Assembly: GCA_965221165.1 (NCBI GenBank)
Contig: CBDCRP010000003.1
Location: 1,408,001-1,472,000, forward strand
DNA from: a bacterium
GTDB lineage: Bacteria > UBA8248
Reading direction: 5' to 3'
DNA length: 64,000 nt
Shown in pieces: positions 24,866-35,508 of the stretch (the stretch's first letter is position 1; each line of letters begins with the position of its first letter). Position numbers and translations under genes: made by a program. The notes below the pieces were generated by a model. The model did not search any database. It was not told the DNA's origin and was given only the letters and a program-made list of their open reading frames with translations.

Positions 24866-25555
24866 ATGAACTACCACGTTTTCGATACCAGTGAGATGGA
24901 CCACCAGCAAACCTATCGCCTGCTCATCGGCTCCGTCGTCCCCCGGCCCATCGCCTGGGTGAGCACGATGAGCGCGCAGGGCGTGGCGAACCTCGCGCCT
25001 TTCAGCTTCTTCACCATGGTCTCCCACTATCCGCCCATGGCGGCGATTTCCGTCGGCGAACGCGAGAAGGCTCCCAAGGACACCGCGCGCAACATTCTGG
25101 ATACCAAGGGCTACGTCATCCACACGGTGGTGAACGGCTGGGAGGAGTCGATGAACGTATGCGCGGGAAATTTCGCGCCCGAGGAGAGCGAGTTCGAGGC
25201 GGCGGGCCTCGAAACCACACCCTCGGACCTCGTGGACGCCCCGCGCATCAAGGACGCGCCGGTGGCGATGGAGTGCCGCTTCGAGCGTATGATTCCCTTC
25301 GGGGATGAATGGGTGACGCACCTCGTCATCGGCGAGGTGCTGCGCTGGCACGTGCGCGAGGATATAATACTGAGCGATGGCGGCAAAATCTACATCGATC
25401 CGGCGAAACTCCAGCCCGTGGGCAGGCTGGGCGGCCCGAGATACTGCCGCACGCAGGACATCTTCGAGATGCAGGCCCCCTACATCCAGCCCGACAGGGT
25501 GCACCCCAACGACCCCGCGCAGAACGACGTCCAGCCGGTGAAAACGGATTCCTGA
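24866..25555 (+). CDS. flavin reductase family protein
   Basis: VVPRPIAWVST, NLAPFSFF, KDTARNI, GRLGGPRY. Confidence 0.9.
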   Translation: MNYHVFDTSEMDHQQTYRLLIGSVVPRPIAWVSTMSAQGVANLAPFSFFTMVSHYPPMAAISVGEREKAPKDTARNILDTKGYVIHTVVNGWEESMNVCAGNFAPEESEFEAAGLETTPSDLVDAPRIKDAPVAMECRFERMIPFGDEWVTHLVIGEVLRWHVREDIILSDGGKIYIDPAKLQPVGRLGGPRYCRTQDIFEMQAPYIQPDRVHPNDPAQNDVQPVKTDS

Positions 25556-25661
25556 GGGCGGAGCGGCGGCGCAGATTCACCCCCTTGCGCGGTCGTTTAC
25601 CGGCTTAGTATCATCTCGCGGAAAAACCCGCAGCGTTTGCGATGAATCATGGGGAGAACAG

Positions 25662-25962
25662 ATGAAGAAAACCATTTTGGCCGCCGTGGCCTTAAGTCTT
25701 TGCCTTATGTCGAACGGCGTGGCCCGAGCCGAGAAAAAAATGATGACTGCCGACGCCGTCTCGAAGCACATGGTCGCCCAAGCGACCCTGACGGCGCACC
25801 TCATCGCCGCGGCGATCAGGGCGGGAATGAGCAAAAAAGAGATCAACGCCGTCCTCGCCAGGGTGGCCGCGCAAACTGGACGGCAAGTCATTCAAATACG
25901 TGGGCGGGGCGGGCGTGGACGGCCCCCGGATCGTTCAGGTCGGCGTATCCGGGGCGAAATAA
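25662..25962 (+). pseudogene. internally deleted secreted/sensor-domain protein
   Basis: Signal peptide plus helical N-terminus in one frame; a protein-like tail FKYVGGAGVDGPRIVQVGVSGAK* in another frame; the listed ORF's C-terminal half looks non-coding. Confidence 0.45.
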
Positions 25963-26065
25963 CCATATCCCCACTCTGCCGCCGGAAAGAGTGTAATAAT
26001 ATGGGCAGGTTGAACGAAAATTTCTTAGAGGCCGACGCCCGCGATGATTCGGAGCCGCCAAGCCC

Positions 26066-26725
26066 ATGAGCGCAATGGATGAGAATTTAATCCAGGAGAT
26101 GGCGGCGGAAGCGCTCGATCCCAAGAGTGTCGCGGCCGATCCCATCACCCAGTTCCGCCGCTGGTACGCGCAGGCCCGGAGCGCTGCGATTCTGCGCGAG
26201 GACGCGATGACGCTCGCCACCGTGGGGCCGGACGGCGCGCCCGCAGCGCGGATTGTGCTTTACAAGGACCTCACGGACCTGGGCTATGCGGAGGCGGATT
26301 TTCCCTTTTTTACGAACTATGAGAGCGACAAGGGCGAGCAGCTTGCGCACGACGCGAGAGCCGCCCTCGTCTTCCACTGGAAGCCCCCCGCCCGGCAGGT
26401 GCGCGCGGAAGGCGTGGTGGAAAAACTACCCGAGCGCGTATCCGACGCCTATTTCGCCTCCCGCCCGCGCGCCAGCCAGATAGGCGCATGGGCCTCGCCC
26501 CAGAGCCGGGTGATTCCCTCCCGCGCTTTTATGGAGGAAAAAGAAAGAGCCCTGGAAGATGAATACAAAGGTTGCGACGTGCCGAGACCTCCCCACTGGG
26601 GCGGCTACGTCCTGAAACCCCGCTCGGTTGAATTCTGGCAGCACCGCGACAGCCGCCTACACGACCGCGTGCGCTACACGCTGGAAGCGGACGGTGCGTG
26701 GCGGGTGGAACTCCTGGGGCCGTAA
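26066..26725 (+). CDS. pdxH: pyridoxine/pyridoxamine 5'-phosphate oxidase
   Basis: [41 protein letters not shown]...RLHDR. Confidence 0.95.
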   Translation: MSAMDENLIQEMAAEALDPKSVAADPITQFRRWYAQARSAAILREDAMTLATVGPDGAPAARIVLYKDLTDLGYAEADFPFFTNYESDKGEQLAHDARAALVFHWKPPARQVRAEGVVEKLPERVSDAYFASRPRASQIGAWASPQSRVIPSRAFMEEKERALEDEYKGCDVPRPPHWGGYVLKPRSVEFWQHRDSRLHDRVRYTLEADGAWRVELLGP

Positions 26726-26736
26726 AAACATCCCGC

Positions 26737-27779
26737 TCAATCGTAGCGATAGGGCCTCCCCGCCTTCTTCATGGCCGCGTTGTAGGCGCGCAGAATCTCG
26801 ACCACGCGCGCGTTGCGCGGGCTTAAGCCCGAGACTTCGTCCCAGAACCTCGCCGCCTCGGCCTCGACTCGCGCCCACTGCGCATCCGGGATGGAGGTCA
26901 ATTTCAGCTTTTTACCCTCCACGCGCAGCTTCGCCTCGCCCGCCCAGTACCAGTGCTGCCGATAGTAGTGCGAGCCGTCCATCGAGAGCCGGAAGAGTTC
27001 CTGGAGATGACCGGGCAGGGCGTTCCATTTATCGGAGTTGGCGAAGTAGGACCCGCACCACGCGCCCGAGATGTTGTTGGTGAGAAAGTATTTGGCCGCG
27101 TCCGCCCAGCCGACCGCATACGCCTCGGTGATGCCCGACCACGCGACGCCGTCCAGCTTGCCGCTCCTGAGCGCGGGGACACCTCCTCGAAAGAAAGCGT
27201 CACCGGCAAGACGCCGAAGCGCGACAAGAACCGCCCCGCCGTGGGAAACGTGAACACTTTCATACCTCTCAGATCATCGAGGCTGCGAATGGGTTTGACG
27301 GTGGTGAAATGGCAGGGGTCCCACGCGCCGGCGCCCAGCCAGGCGACGCCCCCGGCCTCGGCGTAGGCTTCCGCCCATATCTCGTTCAGCCCCCACTGGT
27401 GGAACAGCGCGGGCACGTCGAGGCCGTAGCGGGTGGCGAACGGGAAGTAGCCCCCGAATACGGCGACGTCCACCGGAGACCCCATCGACTCGTCATCCGA
27501 CTGAACGGCGTCCACGACGCCTCGCTGCACCGCGCGGAACAATTCCCCGCCAGGCGCCAACTGATCCGCGAAGTAGAGCGCGATCTCCATCTCGCCGTTC
27601 GCCGCCTTGTTGAACGAATCGACCTGGGGCTTCACGACGTGCTCGGCGAGTGCGGGACTCGCATAGGTCTGGAGCCGCCATTTGATCCTGGTCTTCGATT
27701 CCGCCCGGACGGCAGGAGCCGCCATCGCCACAGCACCCGCCGCCACCGCCGTTTTCAGGAACTTGCGTCTGCTCGCCAT
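26737..27779 (-). pseudogene. frameshifted TRAP transporter substrate-binding protein (DctP family, Tat signal)
   Basis: SRRKFLK signal, WRLQT; frame breaks near 27180; the other frame resumes PALRSGKLDGVAWSGITEAY... and runs into ORF 26737-26982. Confidence 0.8.
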
Positions 27780-27925
27780 TTTCCGGCTCCCTTCTTAGTC
27801 GCGTAATCAACGTCAATGTCGAACGCCCGAGATCTCGGGCCTCCAGAACGATGGGGATTATACGTGATCTCGCTCTCGACTGAAGAGGGTCAATCCCGAC
27901 TGAGGAAGGAGGGATTGTTGCGCCT

Positions 27926-28057
27926 TCACGAAGTGCCGATCTTCTCGGTCAACTGCGCACGCGCGTCCTTCCCGTCCACCATCTTCTCCACGATGATGAA
28001 CAGGCCGCCGGTTTCCCTCTCCCACAGCGTGCCGATGACGCGCTTCTCGGCGGTGTC
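27926..28057 (-). pseudogene. C-terminal remnant resembling a type III restriction (Res) helicase/nuclease
   Basis: DTAEKRVIGTLWERETGGLFIIVEK...*; GC-rich fragment abutting the AT-richer DGQHR gene; recognised from memory of the family tail only. Confidence 0.4.
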
Positions 28058-29344
28058 AGGGCAATTCGGGCAACTTTATAGTTTCGCGTTCCGATTCGGG
28101 GAATTGCCTGCGGTAGTCCTCCAGCAATTTACTCTTTTCTTCGTCGGTGATTTTTTCGCCGGCGAAGTAGGCGATAATGCTAGTCGGCAACTTGCGGTTT
28201 TTGGTGATAATTCTGCCGTCCGAAGCCCCGCCCGCCCAAAGAATGCCTTGCCACACCTTCTTGATATTTTCTCCGGTGATGCCCTAAGGCAGGGCGTTCA
28301 GCCTTTCGCACGCTTCTCGGTTGCTCATATTGGTGGGAGCACCCGTCAGGCGCAAAAAAGCGAGAACCAGACATTCTTGGGGCACTGGCTTGCCCAGCAG
28401 ATTCGTTTTACGTATTTCGCAGCGTTTTTCGTCACCCGATTCCTCGGGGTCGCTAAGCGCATCAGCGAATACATCGATCTGCTCCAGTAATATTTCCCAC
28501 ACTTCCCGTATTTTATGGCGATAGATTTTTTGCTTGTCGTCATCGGGCAGTTGGTTCGTGTCTAGTCTTCCATTAGGAAATGTCTCGATAATCGCCTTGT
28601 TGCAGTTGTAGATGGTGGAAAGAGTAGTGGATTCTGGGTTGCTCTGGCTCAAGGTGTTGCTTCTGTATCTGGCTAGTCGCCCGCCAATCAGTTCGTTGGC
28701 GATTTCACGCGACAGCACGGCGGCTATATCGTCATCGTCGGTAACGTAATTTTGCCCGGCCGTGGTCGGTTTGGCATATCGATTAACGCGCGTGAATATC
28801 TTGTGCGCCTTTTGCGGTTCGTAGGCAACTAGAATAACAGTGACATCTTCTTGGCCGAGTTTGATGCAGGGGCTGATGTTGGGAATGTCACGCTGTTTTT
28901 CATCACGTCCGGTAAAGGCAAACTCAATCGCTTTCAGTCGATGTTGACCATCCAACGGGACGAGTACTTCTCCACCAGTGAAAGTCAGAAAACCCATGCC
29001 GGAAGCCGCCGCGCGACACAAGTTGGGCAAGCCTCTCGTCGTCACGTCGGACAAAGGCTCTAATAAAACCTCGTCTTCATCTCCAAAATTTATCGCCGCG
29101 ACAATAATCGCGCCGAAAAAACGCGAATCATCGTTAGCTAAATATGGTGCGATTTGTTTTCTGAGGCGGTTGTAATTGATGTCTCGCTGGTAGCGTTCTT
29201 CAACGGATAGGTTTTCGTCCCATTCCTTGATTTTTCGCGGAAAGCGGAATTGATTGGCTAAATCCCATGCCTTCATTTTAAGAATAAAATAATTTTTCCT
29301 CCCATACGAGAGCGCATCGCTGGATAGAGGGAGGGGGTTCTCAT
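28056..29344 (-). pseudogene. DGQHR-domain (DndB-like, ParB superfamily) gene with frameshift and nonsense codon
   Basis: VPLDGQHRLKA; in-frame TAG at 28284-28286 followed by same-frame ORF 28056-28256; N-terminus MRTPSLYPAMRSRMG is out of frame near 29295. Confidence 0.8.
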
Positions 29345-29496
29345 GGCGTCAGGGGGGATATTTTTGAGGTTCAATCATGAGCCAATTGCTTTCAAACGAA
29401 TTGTTTTTCGCGGTTTCAATTAGTGGCGCTATTGTGCGGATAAGCGCCTCCTTTTGTCTGTTTGGGTCAGTCAATTGTTCAGATGTGAGTTGCAAG

Positions 29497-30047
29497 TCAA
29501 CACGGTAAGCCTCTGTGATCTCTAAAACAACGCTGAAAATATCGATTCCAAGTCATTAGCGCCGTATGTTGCAACGCGACAAAACGCTGAAAGTATTGTT
29601 CGTGGGGGAGGCGGTCACGCTTTTGTGCATTTGCATCCTCAGTTGAGGGAATGACATTCCAAGATCGATTGTGCCCGATGAAACTCCACGGCACATAATG
29701 GTCGAGATGGAAGTCCCGTGGGTGAAGTGGATCGCCGCTGTAAATGCAACGAATGCCGCCTAGCGTTTTCTCCATAATCTCTCGCCAAAACTCCCGCTCT
29801 CCTTTCCATTGTCCGCGAGATTCTGGAAAACCGATCTTGTTGGCGACCGCAGGAATGTTTGGGTTCCGTGCTTGTAGATAGTTCGTCCAGTGCATAAAGC
29901 CCAACACCAGACGATTTTCATATTACGCTTAAAATAATCGCGCCAAAGCGGATGCAGGATAATGGTTTTATCTGTCAATTTATATGGTGGTGGGTTTTGA
30001 GTATAAAAAGATTCTTCGGCGAATCGCATCAATGCCTCGCGAGCCAC
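29497..30047 (-). pseudogene. fragmented HNH endonuclease domain protein
   Basis: CIYSG...LDHYVPWS...HNRSWN...ANAQKRD split over two frames (29760-30047 and 29497-29907). Confidence 0.7.
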
Positions 30048-30888
30048 TTTTTCCGCGCGCGTTGGGTTATGAACCCAACGGCCCCCTTGAATCTCTTTAT
30101 TTCCAACCTAATTCTCTGCTCTGTCCGTGAATTGTCCGCCTTCAAATCCAGGGGAAGGCACTCGGGGAGAGAGGGTGCGCAGGGGGGAGCGCTAGCACCG
30201 GTATCAGAAAACGAGTGTCGCGCCCCCTGCCCCTGTGCCCATGGGGGCCAGTATACGGATTATGTGACATGGGCCCGAGAAAAATATTGGGGAGAATAAT
30301 TCAAATGCCGAGAAACATTGCCTTGTAAGGGCAATGCAAGGGGTATGAGCCTGATTGAGCTTGTAGTGACCTGGAGCGATACGTTTCAAGGAGTTGAGCA
30401 ATTCCCGAAGTGAACCTGAGTGACTCCGGTTGGTACTGATACGCACCGGTTGTAGTCACCTATAAGGACACCACCCAGATGGTTCCGGTGGGTTCCTCAG
30501 GCCTGTGCAAATGCCCTCCCGGAAGTGGATCGGGTTTTAGGTCGTTTTTTCCTACTCCACGAATCCTGTGCATGGCGATTTACTAATTTGCCATGCACGG
30601 GGCAATCAGAACATGAAAAATGGCTTTGGCTTTGACCATAAGATGGATCATGGCACGCCTAAACCTGATCTGGCGACCTCGGCAAAGTATTCTTTTTATG
30701 GAGGATCCAATTTTTGCGGAGCACAGGAGTGGTACAACAACTGAGGGCAGGTCAACTGCCCATACTTCTGTTCAAAAGCTGCGTGCAATCCTCACATGAA
30801 AAGATTAGAATTGAGCTTTAAGCTTAGGTTATCTATCAATCCGTAGTCTCGTATTCAGGCTCCCCGGGCGGGATGACCCCACGTGGGA

Positions 30889-32388
30889 CTAAACGAATGG
30901 CTCAGCTGTGCGCTCTACTCGCTGTTTCAGCCACCTAATTGAGAGAAGCCCTAGGACAAGAAAAGCCCAAAGCACTAAATCGAGAGGCCTTTGGAAGAAT
31001 ATGAGGGGGTTCCCGTCTGAGCGTTGCAACGATAATACAATTCCTTGCTCAATCATCCCACCAAGAATAAACGGAAATACGATGGCCAGCCGCTCATACC
31101 CAGATTTTGCCATGAAATAGCCAAGCACCCCAAGGACTATCATCGTCACAATGTCGACTGCTGAATTGCGCGCAGCATAACTCCCGATGATCATGAACAG
31201 GACTAGAAATGGGACTAGATATGATATGGGAAGGCTCACCAAGCGGCCGAAATAATTGCACAATGTCAAGCCCACAATGCAAACTACGACAGCGCCCAAA
31301 AGAATTGACCACATCACAGCCCACACGAGCTCGCCTTTAAGTGTGAAAACATCAGGCCCCGGTACAATGCCGTGAATCATAAGCGCTGCAAGAACTACAG
31401 CAGCCATCCCGCTACCGGGGATACCAACTGTAAGCGCGAGAATCAACGAGCTGCCTTCCACTGCGCTGTTTGCGGCCTCTGGTCCGATAACGCCATCGAC
31501 TGTCCCTCTGCCAAATTGATCGGGGTTCTTGGATAAGGCATTCCCCGCGACGTATCCCAGAAAGTTGGCTATGCCAGTGCCAGCTCCAGGAATTGCGCCA
31601 ACTATGATACCCGCGATAGTGCCGGCAAGCACATGGATTGGTTTGTGTAAAACATCGGATATACCTAAATATACTTCTCTTATTCCCCTTCGGGTTTCCA
31701 CATCCCTCCTAACTACGCTCTGCCTCTCACAAAGGATCAGAACCTCAGAAAAGCAGAGGAAGCCAATAAGGGCTACAATAATCGATGGGCCCTCATATAA
31801 CGCGACTACGCCCAGAATCATCCTGGGGTATCCAAAGAAAGGGTCTGTCCCGATAGTAGCCAATAAAAGTCCTAAAAGAGCGGCCAGGAGTCCTTTAGTC
31901 ATCGACTTTTTGAAGGCTGCGAGGAAGATAAGGGCAAAGCAAGCAATAAGCACCAACTCCGGAAAGCTGAATGTGAGAGCGAAAACAGCGAGGAGGGGAG
32001 CAAGTACCATTAAGGAAATGCCGCTCAGGAAAGCTCCTATGGAAGAGGCGAGAGCTGATATGGAAAGAGCTCTAATGCCTTCGCCATTGCGGGTCATTGC
32101 ATAGCCCTCAATGGCGGTTACGCTAGATCCTGGTGTTCCAGGCATTCCAAAAAGAATCGCTGGAATTGCTCCACCGTAAATTGAGGCACCAGCAATAGCC
32201 ATCAAAAATATGACGGCCTGTTCTGGCTTCATCCAGAAAGTGAAGGGAAGCATTAATGCCATGGCAGTGGTCGAGTTTATTCCTGGTAAAGCGCCAAAAA
32301 TAATTCCTATTGGTACACCGATAAACAGAAAAATCAAATTTTCGAATTTAAAAAGCAAATAAAGCCCGGGCCACATCGCGTCATACAT
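30889..32388 (-). CDS. tripartite tricarboxylate transporter large permease (TctA family)
   Basis: GALPGI, YGGAIPAILFGMPGTPGS, PEAANSA, GIPGS, HGIVPGP. Confidence 0.93.
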   Translation of the reverse strand: MYDAMWPGLYLLFKFENLIFLFIGVPIGIIFGALPGINSTTAMALMLPFTFWMKPEQAVIFLMAIAGASIYGGAIPAILFGMPGTPGSSVTAIEGYAMTRNGEGIRALSISALASSIGAFLSGISLMVLAPLLAVFALTFSFPELVLIACFALIFLAAFKKSMTKGLLAALLGLLLATIGTDPFFGYPRMILGVVALYEGPSIIVALIGFLCFSEVLILCERQSVVRRDVETRRGIREVYLGISDVLHKPIHVLAGTIAGIIVGAIPGAGTGIANFLGYVAGNALSKNPDQFGRGTVDGVIGPEAANSAVEGSSLILALTVGIPGSGMAAVVLAALMIHGIVPGPDVFTLKGELVWAVMWSILLGAVVVCIVGLTLCNYFGRLVSLPISYLVPFLVLFMIIGSYAARNSAVDIVTMIVLGVLGYFMAKSGYERLAIVFPFILGGMIEQGIVLSLQRSDGNPLIFFQRPLDLVLWAFLVLGLLSIRWLKQRVERTAEPFV

Positions 32389-32400
32389 GGTGACGCTCCC

Positions 32401-32817
32401 TTAAAGCGGAAGAAGAAGAAACTTTACGAATACAGTATAAAATGCCGCTGTCGTACAAATTGCCATGAGTATCGATTTCCAGGCCGTCACACGCCACACG
32501 AGAAGCATAAAAAATACTAATACGGGAGTCGCCAGTAGGAAGCCCATGCGCTCGACCGTGAGGGCATAGGCAACAGAAAGAATGATCACAGCACCAATCT
32601 TTGACAAGATTTGGCGATTTGGCATTTTCTCTTCTTCTGTTTCGGGGCTGGCATCGTGGAGTTCTTTCCAAAGCTCATAGACGGACAAGCCAAGAAGAAG
32701 AACTATGAGGATTCGCGGATACAAAGTCGAGGAAAATGGAAGAGAGTAGGTGTCAAAGAAATAACCGATTGAGAATACAACCGCAAAAGTTGGCAAGAAT
32801 AAGCGATGTAAGCGCAT
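32401..32817 (-). CDS. tripartite tricarboxylate transporter small subunit (TctB family)
   Basis: About four TM helices, YP and GF motifs; lies between the tctC-like and tctA-like genes. Confidence 0.85.
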   Translation of the reverse strand: MRLHRLFLPTFAVVFSIGYFFDTYSLPFSSTLYPRILIVLLLGLSVYELWKELHDASPETEEEKMPNRQILSKIGAVIILSVAYALTVERMGFLLATPVLVFFMLLVWRVTAWKSILMAICTTAAFYTVFVKFLLLPL

Positions 32818-32903
32818 AAGTGCTCTTCTTCCTGAGGGTACTCAGGATTGAACGTTTCCCCCTCATCCCTGTCTTTGATCCAGCTTCACCCTACAAATTT
32901 GTT

Positions 32904-33956
32904 CTACCTTCGCGCGAAAATGTCTTTGTGCTCCGTCAAAATCTTGTCGAACTTCTTCATCTCTCTGTCAGCCTCATCGAGTCCCTTATATCGAATAACT
33001 GTTGTCGCCCTAAGTTTAGCAACGGCATCCTTAAATGCCTTCGTGGTCATCGTTTGTCGCCATGTTTCATCTAGCACTTTCCAACGGTCTGGATACTGCT
33101 CTTTGACTGCACTCGGAAACACGAAACCCTTGTAAACAGTCGGGTAGATTTCATCCTCTGTGACATGCTGCTCTGGAGGCAGGACCTCGTTCCACGTAGG
33201 AACATTTGGCCACAAGGGAGTTCTCTTCAAGGCACACGTCCCCAAGCCGCGTGCAAATGTTGGAACTCTGCGAGCCCAGGAGACCCAACTACCATGAGTC
33301 GCGAGCAGCTGATGGCCGCCTCGGATTTCACGAGTCAAACTGGCTCCCTTTCCGCTTTCGAACGGGAGTATCTTGCCGAACTTAAGGCCCGTCTTCTTTT
33401 CGAGAAGGCGGGGAAAGTAGTAATGCCAGCCTCTTGAGGTGGTTCCGACACTAATCTCTCCCGGGCGGCGCTTCATATCTCCAACCAGGTCTCCCAGGTC
33501 TTTCCACGGCGCTTGCTTGGCGCAGTAGAAAATCTGCTGGTCATCGTGAACCAGCGCCAGCCATGACCAGCTCTCCGCCTTGTAGGGGGGTTTCTGGAAG
33601 AGATATGTGATATTCAAATTCGGCAGCTGGCCGAAGACCATGTTATAGCCATCAGGTTCCTTACCGTAGACATATTCGTAGCCGACCTGGTTGTTGCCCC
33701 CAGGCTTGTTAATGACGACAATCGGAACTCCTAGAACTTTCTCCCAGGCAGGCGTAATGCCCCGTGTAAAAATATCCGTCCCGCCACCCGGTCTCCAGGG
33801 CACTGTCACGTGTATTGGCTTGCTTGGGAAGCTAGCAGCGTACCCCTTCCTTGGCTTGGCAAGGACGCCAGGTGCTGCAGTTAATGCTCCCAGAGTAAAG
33901 GCAGATTTCTTCAGAAAACTTCTCCGTGTCACCATCTTTTTGTTACGTGGCATCAC
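32904..33956 (-). CDS. tripartite tricarboxylate transporter substrate-binding protein (TctC/Bug family), Tat signal
   Basis: TRRSFLK; FPSKPI.VTVPWRPGGGTD, NKPGG, PDGY. Confidence 0.92.
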   Translation of the reverse strand: MMPRNKKMVTRRSFLKKSAFTLGALTAAPGVLAKPRKGYAASFPSKPIHVTVPWRPGGGTDIFTRGITPAWEKVLGVPIVVINKPGGNNQVGYEYVYGKEPDGYNMVFGQLPNLNITYLFQKPPYKAESWSWLALVHDDQQIFYCAKQAPWKDLGDLVGDMKRRPGEISVGTTSRGWHYYFPRLLEKKTGLKFGKILPFESGKGASLTREIRGGHQLLATHGSWVSWARRVPTFARGLGTCALKRTPLWPNVPTWNEVLPPEQHVTEDEIYPTVYKGFVFPSAVKEQYPDRWKVLDETWRQTMTTKAFKDAVAKLRATTVIRYKGLDEADREMKKFDKILTEHKDIFARR

Positions 33957-34163
33957 TCTCCCTCCTCAGTTAAGAGCCTCGCTTTATAACTCATTGAAGC
34001 GTTGTGTGTAGCGTGCATGAGATGTTCTCCGCGGAACTCCGGACGTAGTGTGCTCCCCCCTCCCGGACGCCGAGCGCGATGAGCTTTTGGAGAAATCCCC
34101 GGCGATTCATCAGAAATCCTTTTTTTTCATCGTCGTTTCTCCTCAAGAGTTCACCCGGACATT

Positions 34164-35498
34164 TCAATTCACGCTGCTCGCATCTAGCAGCGCGCCCGCG
34201 TCGAAGACCGTTTGCTTGTCTATCGAAATGGTGAGCGTCTGAAGAGCCGCGCGCACCAGATCCTTCCGAAGGGTGCGCTCTCTCTCCTCGGTCAGTTCCG
34301 GATCCCCGAACGGGTAATGGAATCGGACGCCCCGCACAATGCGGTTGCAGCCCATAGATAAGGCAACGGTGAAGAAGCAGGTTACCAAGACGGTGGGAAT
34401 CCCCGCCGCCTCGAGTTGTTTCGCCAGCGTAGCTCCGCTACGCGTCCCCGACCCTCACGTAGCCGGCACCAAGACCCCGTGAATCCCAGCCTCTTTCAGT
34501 TCAGCGGCGATGACCTTACCGATCTGGCTCATCACGCCGACATTGCCCCAGTTCCCGCAGGTCACGTAGTAGGTATCGTGAAGCCTTCCGAAGAACCCCT
34601 CCCTTTCCAACGACCGAAGCGCATCCAGCGGCACGCCTCTGTTGGGGTCCTCGTTGATCCGCGTGTTGTCGTATCCTCCGTGAATGGATTCGTGGGTCTC
34701 GGCGGAAAGCGCCTTAAGACCATCGAGGCTGTACTTTTCCCATTTCTGCGTTCGGACACCTTCGACTCGACCGGGATTTCCCTTGGGGACGACCCCACAC
34801 TCGGTCACCACGGCGATGGTGGATTCGGTCAGGTTGGCCAGGGGTGAGGGAGGCGGAACGACCTCGACCGCGCTGAGGCGAAGTTCGGTCCGCGGGCTCT
34901 CCATCCGGATTTTCTCGAGGAGAAGATCCAGCGCCCTCCCTTCCGCCGAGCGGCGATGGCGGGCGTTCCTTCGGATGCCGCGAGGGAAGTAGCCTTCCTC
35001 CTCCGGGCTTCCGACGGATTCCCTCCTCCCCAAGCGCACTGCGAGGTGGGCCATCCGCTGCAGAGAGGCCGGCATTTCCACGACGGAATCCCCTGAGGGG
35101 ACCACATAAGCATGCGCGCGATATAACTCCAGGGCGGGATTCTCCTCCGACATTCCGACGACCGCCGGGACTCCGCAGTCGCTCATGGCACAGGCCGCCA
35201 CCGCCCCGCAGGCCAGTCCGTATCTTCCGGACGCGAACGCTGGCCCCGCGATGAGCACATGGGGCGATGCCCCCCGGATGGCCCGCCGAATTTCTTCGAG
35301 GGTCTGGCCTTCGGCCTTCTCGAAGGTACCGTCGCCGCAAATAATGGTCGTCACAAAAGCGTCGTCGCCCAACTCCCGCTGGAGTAGCTTCCCGGGCCCC
35401 ACGGGGCCTTCTATGATCTCCAATGGGCAATCCGCCTTTTCTTCACCCCCCTTGCCGCCAAAATATTGATTGAGATAATGGACCACTCGAATGGACAT
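34164..35498 (-). CDS. glycine/sarcosine/betaine reductase selenoprotein B family subunit (Sec at UGA 34455-34457)
   Basis: VHYLNQYFGGKGGEEKAD, GPAFASGRYG, HGGYD; read-through VLVPAT-U-GSGTRSGATLAKQLEAAGIP joins in-frame ORF 34164-34388. Confidence 0.92.
34427..34443 (-). promoter_or_regulatory. putative bacterial SECIS hairpin of the grdB-like gene
   Basis: GCGTAGC-GGA-GCTACGC, 7-bp perfect stem 11 nt after the UGA. Confidence 0.72.
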
Positions 35499-35508
35499 GA
35501 ATTCTCTC

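Noticed and set aside
28284-28286. In-frame TAG in the DGQHR gene as pyrrolysine or other recoding
   Set aside because: The gene also has an N-terminal frameshift and decayed neighbours; a TGG-to-TAG nonsense mutation is simpler.
30204-30530. Possible transposase remnant and IS end near GGCCTGTGCAAA
   Set aside because: Too short and degenerate; no partner repeat or catalytic motif found.
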